The notes under the pieces are model-generated. The model was not told the origin of the DNA. It ran no database searches and saw nothing but the letters and a program-made list of their open reading frames with translations. Source: an uncultured Planctomycetota bacterium (GTDB lineage: Bacteria > Planctomycetota > Planctomycetia > Isosphaerales > Isosphaeraceae). Taken from it: a stretch of DNA of 64,000 nt. Where the stretch lies: assembly GCA_963845755.1 (NCBI GenBank), contig CAWJTV010000011.1:1-64000 (forward strand), written 5' to 3'. The position numbers and the translations under genes are program-made. How positions within the stretch are numbered: the first letter of the stretch is position 1; the number at the start of each line of letters is the position of its first letter. Positions 11,101-22,137 of the stretch are shown here, in pieces.

Positions 11101-12666
11101 GAGCGTGAGCCGCTCCTTGCCGGTGGCGACGTCCCAGACCTTCACCAGGTGGTCGTTGCTGCCCGAGACCAGGGTCTGACCGTCCCGGCTGATGGCCAGC
11201 TCATCGACCCTGTCGGTATGCCCGCGGAGGACGCGCTGCTGCTCGCCGGTGCGCGGATCCCAGAAAGCGATCTCGTGATTGCCGGCGCTGATCAAGCTGC
11301 GGCCGTCGGGCGTGAAGACCAGGCTGCCGACATATTCCATCATCTTCAAGCGGCTGTCGCCCAGGATCGCCACCAGGCTGGGCGAGGCATCGGCGGGATC
11401 GACGGCGCCGGCGACCTTCAACTCGTAGGCCGGGATCTGGTCGCGGCGGAGGGCGGCCAGCGGCGAGGCCGTCGGACCGTCGGCCGCGGTCGCCGGCCCG
11501 GTCAGCCCGAATCCCAGGGCGATCATCAGACCCAGTGCCACGGCCGCGGCGAGCCATCGGGCGGCGGTCGGGGCTGGCTCATGAGGGACGCCCAGCAGCC
11601 GGAGGATCCGCCGGCGCAACAGACTCCCGCGTGAGCCGGCGGCCATCGCCAGCCCCGGCGCGCGGCCGCGCAGGGACTCCATGGCCGTCAAGGCCCTGGC
11701 GTAGACGAACCGGTCGCCGCACAGGGAAACCGCCAGATCGTCGCAGCACTCCTCACGCTCGCGGCGAATCGCTCGCGATAGCCACCAGACCGCCGGATGA
11801 TAGAAGAGCAAGGTCTCGATCACCACCTGGAGGAAGTTGATGACGTGATCGAACCGCTTGACGTGCGCCAGCTCATGCGCCAGGATCGCTTCGATCTGCT
11901 CGGCAGAGAGGCCCGTACACGCCCGAGCCGGCAGCAAGACGACCGGCTTGAGCCAGCCGATGACCGTCGGGACCTCGGCCAGGGCCGACTCCAGCAGGCC
12001 CACCACCCGATCGATCCGCATCCTCCGAGCCAGGTCGTCCAGCCGCGTCCTCAGATCGCCGCCGACGGGACGGACCCCAACGCGTTTCAACCGCTCGATG
12101 GCGACCCAGCCGAGCAGCAGCCGCATCGAGAGCAGGCACACCCCCAGCACCCAGCCGGCGGCCACCCAGGCCAGGTGCCCTTCCAACCAGGTGCGCGAAT
12201 CAACCCAGGTCGCACGCATACGCAGGAACCACGGCGACGCACGGTCCCGCACCGGCAGCCGGTCGGGCGGGGAGACGTGCGCGGGCCCGGGCCCGACGGG
12301 GACGTGGCTCGCCTGCGGCGCGTCGGATGCCGCAGGCGACTCGCCCGGCGCAGGTTCGGCCGGTATCGCGATACTCGGTTCGCGCGCCGATCGATCGGCC
12401 ACGACCGCGAACCCGCCCGAGTCCGCACGGCGATCGGACCCGGCCGGGATGAGTGCGCAGGTCGCCAAGGGGCAGGCCGCCAGCATACCCAGCAGGATCA
12501 CCTCGGCCAGGTATCGCGCGCCGGGCGAGGCCCGCCGCATGGCGGCCAGCAGCAGCCAGGCGACGACGCCGACAACCAGCCCCTCCCAGAGGAAGTGCAG
12601 ATGGGCCCGGGCCAATCGCTCGGCCGTGGGACTCTCCAGCAACCGGGCCAGCATGGTCATTTTCAT
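8185..12666 (-). CDS. BlaR1/MecR1-like M56 peptidase fused to WD40 repeats and a TlpA-like domain (several frameshifts)
   Basis: LAHELAHVKRFD HExxH and REECCDD; many GH...WD repeats; KLADLRGKFVLLHFW; stitched from ORFs 10024-13059, 10623-10982, 8816-9904, 8599-9504, 8688-9335, 8319-8651; manual continuation to TGA at 8185. Confidence 0.75.
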
Positions 12667-13052
12667 CGCGACCTCCCTTCCAGCTCGTCGATCAATCGGC
12701 GCAGCTCGTCGAGTTCTTCCGGAGAGGCTTTCTTGTGCTCCAACGCGTGGAAGAGCAGGCCGCGGGTCGAGCCGTCGAACGCCCGTTCGAGAAGGTCGCC
12801 GGCCAGTTGCCGCAGGATCATGCGCGGCTGGTGGCGGTGGCGATAGATATGCGGCTCCTTGCGCGTGTCGCGGCGGACCAGCCCCTTGTCGCTCATGATC
12901 TGCATCATCTTCAGCACGGTGGTGTAGCCGACGGGACGCTGCGCTTCCAGCACCTCCAGGACATGCCGCACCGTGCTCGGCCCCCGGTCCCAGAGCACTT
13001 TGAGGATCGCCAGCTCCATGTCCGATGGCCGTCCCGTCGCGGGTCGTCCCAT
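12663..13052 (-). CDS. BlaI/MecI/CopY family repressor
   Basis: ELAILKVLWDRGPSTV, YTTVLKMMQIMSDKGLV; overlaps the M56 start. Confidence 0.92.
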   Translation of the reverse strand: MGRPATGRPSDMELAILKVLWDRGPSTVRHVLEVLEAQRPVGYTTVLKMMQIMSDKGLVRRDTRKEPHIYRHRHQPRMILRQLAGDLLERAFDGSTRGLLFHALEHKKASPEELDELRRLIDELEGRSR

Positions 13053-13151
13053 CCCCCACCCTCCGCGCTACAAGTCGTGTGCCGCAGGACCGCGACCGAC
13101 AGAGAGCAGTATGGCCCCGGTCCTTGTTGGCATTAGGTCCCGTTGAATTGT

Positions 13152-13204
13152 CTTACGAATTCGTTCGTAAGGGCGATTGGAGCAAGTCCGCGTATGGTTG
13201 TCAA
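13152..13204 (-). promoter_or_regulatory. blaI promoter and palindromic operator
   Basis: Minus-strand TTGACA at 13204-13199, 17-bp spacer, TCCAAT; CTTACGAA-N4-TTCGTAAG at 13152-13171. Confidence 0.7.
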
Positions 13205-13325
13205 GGAAAGAGATCGTGTTATGGCGACCGCAGGTGCCGGGGGCCAGAGCGCGTAACGCTTGGATTGAGCACGCGCCCGTCGCGTGCGATCGCACCCGCC
13301 GCAGTCGGGGAGGACGACGTCCGGG

Positions 13326-13518
13326 GGCGGCCCGCGGGGCCGCAGGAGCCAAGCCCCGGGTGAAACCCGGGGTCCGCGGCAAGCCAGCCCCCATCTCCGG
13401 CGGCCTGAAGGGCCGCAGGAGACTTCCGGCACCCCTACAGGGTGCACGAGGAAGGCGCGGGGTGCACGAATCCCAGGGTTTCACCCTGGGCTGGGTTGCT
13501 GCGGCCCTTCAGGCCGCT
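13326..13518. repeat. REP-like multi-hairpin palindromic element
   Basis: ccccgggtgaaacccgggg / cccagggtttcaccctggg and gcggcctgaagggccgc / gcggcccttcaggccgc. Confidence 0.75.
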
Positions 13519-13528
13519 GCGCTCGAGA

Positions 13529-14017
13529 TCACCGCCGATCGTCCGCGGCCTTACCGATGCTCAGCGCCTCCGCCTCGTCGGCGTAGATGTCGAACACCCG
13601 TTCCAGGCGGCAGATGCGCAGCATGTCCCTGAGCAGCGGCTCGACTCCGAACAAGCCCAGACGACCTTGTGCCCGCTCGACTCGCAGATACAGGCCGGCC
13701 AGCGTGGCAAGCACGGCGCTCGAGATGTACCGGATGCCGCCGAAATTCAGTAGGAGTCGGGTAGACCCCTCCTCGACCAGGCGGTGGAGCTGCGTGCGGA
13801 GCTGCCGGATGGCGCCCTCCTCGAAGAGCACTTCCGCGTTCACCACGTTGACCACCCTCAATCCGGCGACGTCCCGGACTTTGATGTAGGGGAGCCCGTC
13901 CCGAACGATCGAAGGGGATGCCCCTGGGTCCGATCCTCCGGTCGCCGAGGTGACTCCCCCATCGAACGAAGAAACAATCAATGCATTGATGGCTGAATTC
14001 TCCGCCATGACAGTCAC
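13529..14017 (-). CDS. STAS domain anti-sigma factor antagonist
   Basis: LLLNFGGIRYISSAVLATL with phospho-Ser; RLERVFDIYADEAEAL; start uncertain. Confidence 0.85.
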   Translation of the reverse strand: MTVMAENSAINALIVSSFDGGVTSATGGSDPGASPSIVRDGLPYIKVRDVAGLRVVNVVNAEVLFEEGAIRQLRTQLHRLVEEGSTRLLLNFGGIRYISSAVLATLAGLYLRVERAQGRLGLFGVEPLLRDMLRICRLERVFDIYADEAEALSIGKAADDRR

Positions 14018-14020
14018 CCT

Positions 14021-14674
14021 TCAATTGGAGTTTGGCGTAACATCGATCGGTTGCATAAACTCCGACAAGCGTCCCACTCGGGCGCTCCACGACAGCGGCT
14101 CTCCGGAGCCGGCGAGTTCCCGACGAATCCGGCGAGCCTCGGTCGTCGTCTCGAGCACGAACAGTTCGCGCTCTTTCACGCGCAGGGCCCTCTCAACCGT
14201 CTCGATCTGTTCGTTGACACGTTTCATCTCAGGAGCGATGGAGGCAAGGGCATCATCCGCCCAGGGTGCCGCGCCCTCGTTCGGGAAGCGTTGCGGTAAA
14301 TCGCGGTCCGATTCCTGCTCGTGCTCCCCTCCGTCGCAGAGCCCACCGGTGATGAACACCGAACGTCCGCGGCGACCCGGACCTGGTCCCTCAACCCGGT
14401 GCGGAAAGGAACGGAGTTTCAGGTCCTGGACCCGCGTCACCAGCGCGTTGCGCCGCGTCCGCATTCGACTTACCAGATCACGCTCCTCAGCGAGTTGCCG
14501 GGACAGCGAGGCGATATCATGTCGGATCATCGCATCCCCGACCGACTTCCGGATGGCGACCAGGGACTCGGCCAGCCTCCGGAAGACGAATTCCGGGCCG
14601 ATCGCGAGGCCCAGGACACCGACGACAACAGATGCATGCATGAACCCCAGCCACAGTCGTTTCGACGCGGACAT
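14021..14674 (-). CDS. Hypothetical protein (N-terminal TM, coiled coil)
   Basis: 217-aa ORF with GGGAGG RBS, 3 bp upstream of the STAS ORF. Confidence 0.5.
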   Translation of the reverse strand: MSASKRLWLGFMHASVVVGVLGLAIGPEFVFRRLAESLVAIRKSVGDAMIRHDIASLSRQLAEERDLVSRMRTRRNALVTRVQDLKLRSFPHRVEGPGPGRRGRSVFITGGLCDGGEHEQESDRDLPQRFPNEGAAPWADDALASIAPEMKRVNEQIETVERALRVKERELFVLETTTEARRIRRELAGSGEPLSWSARVGRLSEFMQPIDVTPNSN

Positions 14675-14895
14675 GATGAACCTCCCGGCTGAAGAGGGAG
14701 CGGAAGCAGCCTGCCCGCCCCGGCTCCTCGGGCGAATGACAATTCCGGGCTGCTTCGCCTCTGGGCATAGGACTCTGTCATGGAATACGCCGACTGCGTT
14801 TCAGGTTTCGGAGGCGATTCCCCTGAAACGCCTCGTCGTAGAACTAGGTGATGGGCGATAATCCTGAGTGCCAGTGGAGGGTCGAGAGGTGACAG

Positions 14896-15502
14896 ATGTT
14901 GAGTAACTCCGGACAGGATGACCTTGACCTGATCCTTCGATTCCGAGTGGGCGATCAGACCGTTCTGGAAGACCTCCTACGCATCCTCGTGCCCTCGGTC
15001 CGCATCGCGCTGCGCAGGAAGTTCTCCGGGCAACTGGACTATCACGAGATCGAGGACATCATCATCGTGGGGTTTCGCAAGTTGTGGGGCGCCCATTCGA
15101 CCTACGATCCGGCGAAATCCCGGCTCAAGGTGTTCTTCTTCAAGATCGCCTACCATGAGGCGGTCGAACGCGCTGAGCGCAAGACGCATCGAGCCGGAGA
15201 TGCGCCTGGTCCCGCTTGGCGACCGGGTCGACTACTGCATTGCGAACCCGCCGGCCAACTCCGACGGAGATGCCGACAGCGACGCCCCGCGCTCCAAGCT
15301 GATGACCGACCTGGACACGTGCTTGAAGCTCCTGAACGATCGCGAACGGAAAATCCTTCTGGCCGACGCCCACAGCCACAGTGGTGTCGCAAGCTCCCAG
15401 ATGCTGGCCCAAGAACTTGGGATGTCCGAGAGCGGGGTCCGCGTGAATCGGATGCGTGGCCTGGACAAGCTCCGAAGGCTCCTCGGGAAGCTGGGGCATT
15501 GA
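14896..15502 (+). CDS. ECF sigma-70 factor (frameshift near 15180)
   Basis: Region 2 (EDII...YDPAKSRLKVFF) in ORF 14896; region 4 (LAQELGMSESGVRVNRMRGLDKLR) in ORF 15155. Confidence 0.8.
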
Positions 15503-15503
15503 C

Positions 15504-18302
15504 ATGATGCGCGGCGAAGACCGGCCAAATCCGTACGAGAATCCATCGGAGGCAGACAGCCCATCCGAGATGCTTTCTCGCGACCTTGCCTCGATCACGC
15601 CGCTTCCGGAGAGCGTCTGCGAAGAGCCGCTCTCGGAAGGGAGCGTCCAGCGACTCCTGAAGCGCATCGCCGAATCCGGAGCGGGATTGTCGGGGGACGC
15701 GACCGGCTCGCCGCTGTCGGGTACTCCTGCGCGATTCGATGATACGGGCCACCCGACGGGGTGTGAGACTCAAACGGAGGCAGCAGACTCGCCCGAGACG
15801 TTCACTCGCGACCCCGCCTCGAGCTGGCCGCATACCGAAGCCGCCCACCAGGAGCCGGCGCTTGACAGCGAGGGCCCAGCAACTCCGGGAGCTCATCGCC
15901 CGCCGCAAACAAGGAATGTCCGAGAACGCGACCGCCCCGCGGGACGACTCGCCGGAGCGGGCCGATCGACCCGCGGACGTGTGGGGTCGATCTCAGAACA
16001 CCGGGAGCGGCCCGGGCCGCTATCGCGTCCTCCGGCTGCACGGCGAAGGCGGACTCGGCAAGGTCTTCGTAGCCCTGGATGCGGACCTGCACCGCGAGGT
16101 CGCCCTGAAGACGGTCCGGTCGCGTCACCTCGATTCCCGGGAGAGCCAACGCCGCTTCCTCCAGGAGGCCGAGATCACGGCCGGTTTGGAGCACCCGGGA
16201 ATCGTGCCCATCTACGGCCTCGGCTCCGACGAGCACGGGCCGCCCCTTCTACGCCATGCGATTGATCAAGGGCTCTACCCTCAAGGAGGCGATTGATCGG
16301 TTCCACGAGGGCCACGGCGCCGGCTCGTCGGCCCGCACCTCGGGCAAGCAGAAGCTCGAGCTCTTGAAATTGCTGGAACGGTTCATCGCCGTCTGCAACA
16401 CGGTCGCCTACGCGCACAGCCGAGGCATCCTCCATCGCGACCTCAAGCCCTCGAACGTCATGCTCGGCGCCTACGGCGAGACCCTCATCCTCGACTGGGG
16501 CCTGGCCAAGCCCATGGATCGATCCCGGATCGCCCCGGATCCCGAGGATCGAGCCCTCGCCCCGTGGACCCACGACGATGCGCTCTCGACGGCAGTGGGG
16601 GGAATCCTGGGAACGCCCGCCTACATGAGCCCCGAGCAGGCGGCCGGGCGAGGGGATCAGCTTGGCCCGGCGAGCGACGTCTACAGCCTCGGCGCGACAT
16701 TCTATACCCTGCTGACCGGCCGAGCTCCGTTCGAGGGAAGTCGCGTCGAGGAAATCTTGAACCGAGTCTGTGAAGGCACTTATGTGCTACCAACGCGCGT
16801 CAATCCGCGGATCCCGCGGCCGCTCGAGATGATCTGCCTGAAGGCGATGTCCCGACGGCCCGAGGTGCGATACCCATCGGCCAGGGAGTTGGCCGAGGAT
16901 ATCGAGCGCTGGATCGCCGGTGAGCCGGTCACGGCATGGCCTGAGAGCCTTCTCCAGCGATTCGGGCGGTGGAGCAGGCACCATCGGTCGGCGATCATTG
17001 CGGCGCTGAGTGTGTTGGTCTCATCGGCGGTGGCCCTCGCCGCATTCTCCGCCCTGAAGATCAGCGACGAGGAACACCGCAGGATTGCGGGGATATGGGC
17101 ACTCACCGAGGAGAACTTCGCACGAGCCGAGGATCGACTGGGCGCCGTCTATCGGTCACTTGGCCGGACGGATGAGTCCGCGGCACACCATGAGGGTGCA
17201 CGCGACGCCTGGCAGCACCTCTCCGCCAGGTATCCGGCGGTCGAGAAATACCGCCGCGGCCTGGATGAATCCCGTCGGCGACTCGATTCCCTGTTGACCC
17301 GTCCGGTTGCCGGAGGGTCCGGCCTCGATGGCCCGGATCATCGGGACAACCTGGCCCGGAGCTACGACCGCCTCGGCGTCGCGCAGGGCGAGACGGGGGA
17401 CCACCAGGGGGCGGCCGAGTCGTTCCGCCGGGCGATCGCGATCTATACCGAGCTGTCGTCCGCCCGACCCAAGGCCCCGGAGTACCTTCACGGCCTGGCC
17501 GCGTGCTACACCAACCTCGGCCTCGTGCAGAACCAGGCGGGGGACCGCCGAGAAGCGGCCGAGTCCTACGAGCGGGCGATCCGGATTGGCACCGACCTGC
17601 TAGCGGCACGCGCCGACGACCCGGAGTGCCTGAACCTCCTGGCCAGGAGCTACCACCGCCACGGCGTCGTGCAGAACGAGCTCGGGAATCCGAGGGGCGC
17701 CGAGGTCTCGGCCCGCAAAGCCGTCGCGATCGCGACGAAGCTAACCGACTCCGATCCGGCCGCGACCGACTACGCGAGCCTGCTCGGCGACGCGTTCGAT
17801 ACTTTCGGAGCGGCCCTGGCGGCCCAGGGCGAGCACGTCGAGGCGGAACGGGCGTATCGCCTGGCCATCGATCGGCAGCGGATCGCCTTGGCGTACAGCC
17901 CCGGCGTGACCGAGTTCCGGCTGAGACTCAGCTCGCACTATTCCAGCCTGGCCCGAACGTTGCGAGCCGGGGGCCAGGTCGACGAGGCGGCCCAGGCCGC
18001 GCGCGCAGCGACGGGCCTTGTGGGAAAACCACTCCGGCGAACCGAAGAATCCCCGCGAACTTTACAAGGTGGCCTGCGACCTGGCCCTGTGCATATCGAT
18101 CGCCCCCGACGAGGCCAGTAAGCAGGCCCTGGCCGCCGAGGCCATCACGACCCTGCGCACCGCGATCGCCGCCGGCTGGTCTGACGCGGCGCAGACCAGC
18201 CGCGACCCCGACCTGAACCCACTCCGCCATCGCGACGACTTCCGCCGCCTTCTGGACGAGATGTTCGACCGGACCTTCCCGTCCGATCCGTTCCGACGGT
18301 AA
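15504..18302 (+). CDS. Ser/Thr protein kinase with TPR repeats (frameshifted)
   Basis: GEGGLGKV, VALK, HPGIVP, HRDLKPSN, DWGLAK, GTPAYMSPE; TPRs; C-terminal FPSDPF. Confidence 0.85.
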
Positions 18303-18430
18303 AACCGGGGCTCAGAACGAGGGTAGCTCGCACATCTCGATGCTCAGGTCGGGGGGCCGTCCTCATCCGCCCGAAAGCCCACGGTCAGCCTGCGGAGGGA
18401 TATCCGGAGGATCGGCCCGCTCAACGTCGA

Positions 18431-19378
18431 TCAGAACTGGTCGGCTCCGAGGACTTCACCCCCGGCGCGGGTGGAGAGGGAGCTGAAGACCCCGGCGTCG
18501 ATTGTCTCCTTGAGGAACCGCACCGACCCATCGCAGAACACAAAGTTGCAACCCCCGGGGTGCAAGCTCCAGAAGTTGTTGACCGCGGCCGATTTGCTGT
18601 TGGGGACGACGCGCCACATGTAGCCTCCGGGCGGCGTCGGCCCCGTGTGGGCAAGGACCATTGCGTACGACGGGCGGCATTCTTCGTAGTCCCTCGTGGG
18701 CTTGGTGCAGAACACGGCCGAGGGGACGACACCGACCCACGTTGCGTCGGAGATGGTTCGCGACCGCTCACCCGCCATCATGGTCAGACTCGACCCGTCA
18801 ACGAGATCGCGCAGCCCGACACGACTGTTCCGGAAGAGCACGCCATTGTTATCGGACGGCCAGTCCGCGACCTGCAACTGCCCGGCCGAAGCGACGTACT
18901 GGCCGGGCGACAGGTCGTTGACCAGGCTCTTGCCGGAGCTGTCGCTCAGCGTAATTGGTCCGGCTCCGACGGAACTCGGACAGAGGTAGACGGACAGGTT
19001 CATCGTCCGGACCGTTTGCGAGCCAGGGTCGGTGATCGGCAGGCTGAAGTTGGTCGCATCGTAGAGCGCGGTCTGTTCGATGAACGGGAGGACCATTGTC
19101 CCCCAGCCCCAGCCTGGTCCAAACTCGAGATCGGCGGGTGGCTTGCCCGGCGCCAGGCTGAAATAACCCGGCGGGAAGTTCCCCAGGGCGCCTTCGTAAT
19201 TGTGCATTGCCAGGCCGATCTGCTTCAGATGGTTCGTGCATTGCACCCGACGAGCCGCCTCGCGCGCGGCCTGAACGGCCGGCAGCAAGAGGGCGATCAG
19301 GATGGCGATGATCGTCATCACCACCAGCAATTCGATCAATGTGATGCCGCGCCGGCGCGGCCGTTGAGACGGGTTCAT
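18431..19378 (-). CDS. DUF1559 prepilin-type protein
   Basis: GITLIELLVV, LLLPAVQAAREAARR, HPGGCNFVFCDGSV. Confidence 0.95.
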   Translation of the reverse strand: MNPSQRPRRRGITLIELLVVMTIIAILIALLLPAVQAAREAARRVQCTNHLKQIGLAMHNYEGALGNFPPGYFSLAPGKPPADLEFGPGWGWGTMVLPFIEQTALYDATNFSLPITDPGSQTVRTMNLSVYLCPSSVGAGPITLSDSSGKSLVNDLSPGQYVASAGQLQVADWPSDNNGVLFRNSRVGLRDLVDGSSLTMMAGERSRTISDATWVGVVPSAVFCTKPTRDYEECRPSYAMVLAHTGPTPPGGYMWRVVPNSKSAAVNNFWSLHPGGCNFVFCDGSVRFLKETIDAGVFSSLSTRAGGEVLGADQF

Positions 19379-19484
19379 GGGTTCGCTCCTGTGATGAAAA
19401 CCGATGGATCAATGTGCGTGACGATCCGGGGCAGCGTGGCCGTCAAGGCCGCGCGCCGGGACTTTGCCGCTCATGGGTCCGTGG

Positions 19485-19871
19485 TCAAAACAGGAAGCGC
19501 TGGAGCCAGGTGAGTCGCATGGCTGCCGTCACCGGCCCGCCCGCCGGGGACCGGCGTTGCCCGATTAAGGCGATCGGTGGATCCTGAACCAGGAAGGCTA
19601 GCGCCGGGATCAGGCTGTCAAGAGAGGGCAACAGGCCGTCGTAAGGGGTGTCGGCCAGGAGGGGTAGCGACAGGATCAAGCTATCGGAAGGGTCCGCCAG
19701 GTTGAATGAAGGGATGGGCCCCGGATGGAAGTCCGCCCCGAGCAACCCGTCGTGGGCGACTCCGCACGCCGCGTCGAGCCGTACCGGCCGTTCCTCGGCC
19801 GCACCCGCCTTGTTCAAGGCGAGGCCGATGAGGAGAATGACCAGAGTCAGGGACGCTTGAATCCATCGCAT
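19485..19871 (-). CDS. Hypothetical secreted protein
   Basis: Signal peptide; C-terminal RLTWLQRFLF typical of small ORFs upstream of DUF1559 genes. Confidence 0.5.
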   Translation of the reverse strand: MRWIQASLTLVILLIGLALNKAGAAEERPVRLDAACGVAHDGLLGADFHPGPIPSFNLADPSDSLILSLPLLADTPYDGLLPSLDSLIPALAFLVQDPPIALIGQRRSPAGGPVTAAMRLTWLQRFLF

Positions 19872-19936
19872 GGTCCGATCCTACCCGACGCCGTCAGGAT
19901 CCACCAGAGGGTTTCGTCGGTCTCGCGGCCCCGAGG

Positions 19937-20437
19937 TCACGACGCGGGTGCCTTGGCCAGGTATCGAAAGGCCGTCCGCCGGCTGACGCCCAGCGCCGTG
20001 GCGATCTCCTCCACCGTGAGGCCGCGGCTAGAGCCTCTTATCACTTGCCGTTGTTCCGGTCCGTAGACCGCTTTCGGGCGGGCGCCCGACGCCGGCACGC
20101 CGTCGTTGCCGGCCAGGCCGTTGGTCGCGCCGGGATCGCCGGTCGGCGTCGAGGCCGCGACGGATCGGCCCGGCCCGGCGTCGAGGATCGCCTCGATCCG
20201 CGCGGCGTGCTCGGGGAAGCGCGAGGCGTACTCTTCCAGTCCGGGCTCCTCGCCGGCCCGCCGGCGCAGCTCGCACTTGACGCGGAGCAATTCGACCAGC
20301 AGTGCCGCCGGCCGGTGTTCCTCGACCTCGGCGAGATAATCCTCGATCCGCGGCCGAGGTCCCTGCTTCCAGACGCGTTCGAAGCGGTCAGCGGCGTCGT
20401 TGATCCACGTCCAGTCCGACGAGGGAATGTCCGTCAT
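19937..20437 (-). CDS. Truncated kinase N-terminal domain fused to a short HTH-like tail
   Basis: WINDAADRFERVWKQGPRPRIEDYL...EEYASRFPEH is the N-terminus of planctomycete ECF-associated kinases; tail TVEEIATALGVSRRTAFRYL; GGAGG RBS. Confidence 0.6.
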   Translation of the reverse strand: MTDIPSSDWTWINDAADRFERVWKQGPRPRIEDYLAEVEEHRPAALLVELLRVKCELRRRAGEEPGLEEYASRFPEHAARIEAILDAGPGRSVAASTPTGDPGATNGLAGNDGVPASGARPKAVYGPEQRQVIRGSSRGLTVEEIATALGVSRRTAFRYLAKAPAS

Positions 20438-20500
20438 CGCTGCCTCCGATACCTCTCAGGAATGGGCCAGTCATCGTACGTTTGGGCGACTCTGGGTTCT

Positions 20501-20716
20501 CTTGTGCAACCCCGTTGGGGTAGGGAACATAGGTGTCACCCCTAACCCAGGGTGCGCCTTCGGCGACCCTGGGCTGTGTTCTGGAACCCCTTCGGGGTAC
20601 GGCAACGCCCTGCCCTTACGCCAACGGCGTTATACACCAGAGCCCAGGGTCGCCGAAGGCGCACCCTGGGTTCACGACTCAACCCCTCCGGTCCCTACGC
20701 TGAAGGCGTTGCACAA
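20501..20716. repeat. REP-like palindromic element (family shared with 38769-39037)
   Basis: cccagggtgcgccttcggcgaccctggg and its inverse; aaccccgttggggt; tacgccaacggcgtt. Confidence 0.8.
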
Positions 20717-20792
20717 TGGCCACCAAAATCATCTCCGCCGTGGTCAGGACACCCGCGCCGAACCATTCGGGAACGGATTCCCGCCTCATTCC

Positions 20793-22067
20793 TCATCGCT
20801 TGCCGCTGTTCCGGTCCGTACGACGCTTTCGGGCCGGCGCCTGAGGTGTCTCGCGAAGCTGCACCTCGGGGTCCTGGGCGAGCTCCCTGAGTAACGTCTC
20901 GACCGCGCGGTCCATGTCCTCGCCGCGGACGTCCTTGTATCGGATCACTCCGCGGTGGTCGAGGACGTAGGTTGTCGGCCAGGCGCGGACGCCGTATCGC
21001 GTCGCGATCGGACCGCTCGTGCCCCCCCCGTCCCACCAGGAGCGCCAGGTGATCCGCTCTTTTTCCATCGCAGTGTGCAACTCATCGAGATTCTTATCGC
21101 TATTGATCCCCAGCAGGGCGAATGGCATTCCGCGCAGGCGATTCACGAGCGACCGCTCGTGCGGGTACATGGCCCGGCACGGCCCTCACCAATGCCCCCA
21201 GAAATCGAGGACCACCACCCGACCGCGGTAGTCGCTGAGCTGCATCGTCTGGCCGTTGGTGTCGCGGCCCGTGATCTCAGGCGCGAGCATGGCGATCTCC
21301 AGGCCGATCGGGAGCGACTCCGAGCCAACCGTCCGGCGCATCCGGCCGGCCTTCGGGCGGAGCCGGGCCAGGCCGGTGCGGGCGAGGTCGGCGTACGTCT
21401 TCCGCCCGGCGACCTTGACGTCGCCGTAGTCCTGGGCCAGTCGTTCGTAGAGCTTGACGGCCTCTTCTCGGCTCGACTCGACGGGGTCCTTGGTCGATTC
21501 GTCGGCCTCTTTCTTCTCATCCTTCGAGCGCGCGGGTTGGGAGGCCCGGGCACCGGTCGCCGCGGGGGCCTTCGCCATCAAGTGGCTCGCCAGGCTATAG
21601 CAAGCCTGGGCGCGAACCTCTCGGTGCGGGCTGTTCTCCAGGGCCGTGCGCAGCAGCGTTTCCGCCGCCGGAGAACGCGACGTCCTCAGTTCTTGTAAGA
21701 CCGGGCTCAACCGCTGGTCTTTCACATGATTCTTGCCGAGCAGCTCCAGGGCTTCCTCGGCCTCGCGCCCTTGAGGATTGTGAGTCTTGACCCAGGCCAG
21801 CGCCTCGAAGGCCGCGGCGTCGACCGGGTCGGTCTTCGCTAATTCCAGGAAACGACGGGCATACTCCTCGACATTGGGCCGGGCGCGTCCGCTCGACGCT
21901 GCTCCGCGCCGGTCGTCGCCGTGCGGAGGGACGTGAAGTAGGAGTGCTGCGCGGTCTGATACTCGCGCGCCAGGGCGCGATACTGCCGCGAAAGGCGCGG
22001 ACTCCTCGGCGGCGACCACGGCTCCCACGGCCGCAATCATCGCCACCGCGAACAGGTAACGCTTCAT
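20793..22067 (-). CDS. Secreted TlpA-like redoxin, putative selenoprotein (UxxC)
   Basis: LSDYRGRVVVLDFWGHW-TGA-GPCRAMYPHERSLV continues in frame to WPTTYVLD; compensating frameshifts near 21890-21990. Confidence 0.85.
21144..21161 (-). promoter_or_regulatory. Putative bacterial SECIS hairpin
   Basis: CACGAGCG-GT-CGCTCGTG perfect inverted repeat starting 24 nt after the UGA at 21186-21188. Confidence 0.7.
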
Positions 22068-22137
22068 CGGACCGGTCCTCCTCTCCATCAGAATCGCCAG
22101 GCGATTCCCCCGATGAATCCGTCCGGATGGACTGATC

